Part shown: one piece after another, positions 63,277 through 64,000 of the stretch
Position numbering within the stretch: position 1 is the first letter of the stretch
How the letters are laid out: every line of letters begins with the position of its first letter
Source of the DNA: an uncultured Prevotellaceae bacterium
GTDB taxonomy: Bacteria; Bacteroidota; Bacteroidia; Bacteroidales; Muribaculaceae
Assembly (NCBI GenBank): GCA_900320245.1
Contig: ONRP01000008.1
Coordinates: forward strand, 25,254 to 89,253
Reading direction: 5' to 3'
DNA length: 64,000 nucleotides
Program-made: the position numbers and the translations under genes
Notes under the pieces: model-generated
Database searches by the model: none
Seen by the model: the letters and a program-made list of their open reading frames with translations, nothing else
What the model was told of the DNA's origin: nothing

Positions 63277-64000
63277 TCAGTGGCTTAAGATGATGTTGAT
63301 AATAGCATTCACGTCTGCGATGTTCACCTCATGGTCACCGTTCACATCGGCAGGGCCGTCATGGGTGTCAGGAGATTCCAGGATGATGTCATGAACGCAA
63401 TTCACATCGGCGATGCTCACCTCGCCATCGGCGTTCACATCACATTGCAACACATCAACTTTCTCGGTGAAATAGCCGGGATTGTCCGGACCGCCGTCGA
63501 TATGGGCACGCGATGCGTCAACATAGTATTCATTATATCTTGTACCATGGCCACCAACCAGCGAGAGGCAACCATAGAACATTCCCCTTGAGTCAGTCAG
63601 TGCATCGGTACTCCACTCTTCACCGGCATAAACCGTTTGCAGATGACTGCAACCCCACAACATGCCGTCCATATTCTCCACGCTCGAGGTATTGAAACTG
63701 CTCAAGTCAAGGGTGGTCAAGGATTTGCAGAAATTGAACAGGGATGTCATGTCGGTCACATGCTCGGTATCAAAACTGCTCAGGTCGAGATCATTCAACG
63801 ATTCACAGTTATAGAACATGTACCTCATGTTCTCTACGCTGGAGGTGTTGAAGCCGCTCAGGTCAACATTGGTCAAAGAGGTGTCGTATGAGAACATGAA
63901 ACTCATGTCGGTAACATTACCGGTATCGAAACCACTCACATCGATGGCACTCAATGTATTATAACTGAACATACTACTCATGTCGGTCACGCTCGAGGTA
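63277..64000 (-). CDS. BspA-family (DUF285) LRR surface protein with a C-terminal dockerin-like pair; the N-terminus lies beyond the window end
   Basis: Repeats FNTSSVENM..MF. The frame stays open to nt 64000. The C-terminus is CDVNADGEVSIADVNCV...ADVNGDHEVNIADVNAIINIIL. Confidence 0.85.
   Translation of the reverse strand, partial: TSSVTDMSSMFSYNTLSAIDVSGFDTGNVTDMSFMFSYDTSLTNVDLSGFNTSSVENMRYMFYNCESLNDLDLSSFDTEHVTDMTSLFNFCKSLTTLDLSSFNTSSVENMDGMLWGCSHLQTVYAGEEWSTDALTDSRGMFYGCLSLVGGHGTRYNEYYVDASRAHIDGGPDNPGYFTEKVDVLQCDVNADGEVSIADVNCVHDIILESPDTHDGPADVNGDHEVNIADVNAIINIILSH

Overview
The window looks like a Bacteroidota chromosome segment. Support: TAnnTTTG -7 promoter boxes upstream of most genes, one T9SS-type C-terminal sorting tail, and lipid A, folate and RNase P housekeeping genes. 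It is probably Prevotellaceae-like, but that cannot be verified here. About 55% GC by eye, with two visibly AT-rich islets.

Layout:
(1) 1-10.7 kb: a same-strand galacto/glucomannan operon. It holds a CE7-like esterase, GH130 mannosylglucose phosphorylase, GPH symporter, cellobiose 2-epimerase, GH94 phosphorylase, GH36 alpha-galactosidase and GH26 mannanase. A GH2 gene lies at 17.2-19.7 kb.
(2) 10.7-17.2 kb: an accessory block inserted between GH26 and GH2. It holds two BspA/DUF285 leucine-rich-repeat surface-protein genes with dockerin-like tails. They sit in dense modular repeats, including a 181-bp inverted-repeat pair (7 mismatches), a 386-bp MITE-like palindrome and a roughly 230-bp nested palindrome.
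(3) 20-26 kb: two tandem C10 (streptopain-like) peptidases, one ending in a dockerin-like pair and one in a T9SS tail. A third C10 peptidase is at 55.9-59.2 kb.
(4) 26-28.8 kb: HAD hydrolase, AtoE-type transporter and an SH3 protein.
(5) 28.9-33.0 kb: an AT-rich islet. It holds an orphan immunity-like gene, small ORFs, a covarying hairpin repeat, phased TGTCA repeats, a 3' tRNA-Lys fragment, and direct repeats around another LRR-dockerin gene.
(6) 33-61.5 kb: mostly housekeeping. Genes: C-S lyase, aspartate aminotransferase, LpxL-like acyltransferase, transporter, thioesterase, lpxB, folA, thyA, DUF2752, GYF/CD225, OMPLA, DUF554, AAA ATPase, GH89, LOG, DUF4271, HemD-like, rnpA, yidD, TatD, DUF4836, MBOAT, YitT, DUF360 and tdk.
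(7) 61.6-64 kb: a second AT-rich stretch with three cassette-like minus-strand genes, the last a partial DUF285-dockerin gene.

No rRNA gene, intact tRNA, CRISPR array, transposase, integrase or recognisable defence operon was found.

The most unusual signals are non-coding:
- Short tandem arrays at gene boundaries with unit lengths of 7, 8 or 14 nt. They are built on TTAG/CTAA-type cores, which puts stop triplets in all frames.
- A modular repeat family that brackets the surface-protein genes and even supplies some C-termini and stop codons.
- A dockerin-like C-terminal module shared by six secreted proteins from two unrelated families.

All family calls come from motif recognition by eye. 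No searches were run.
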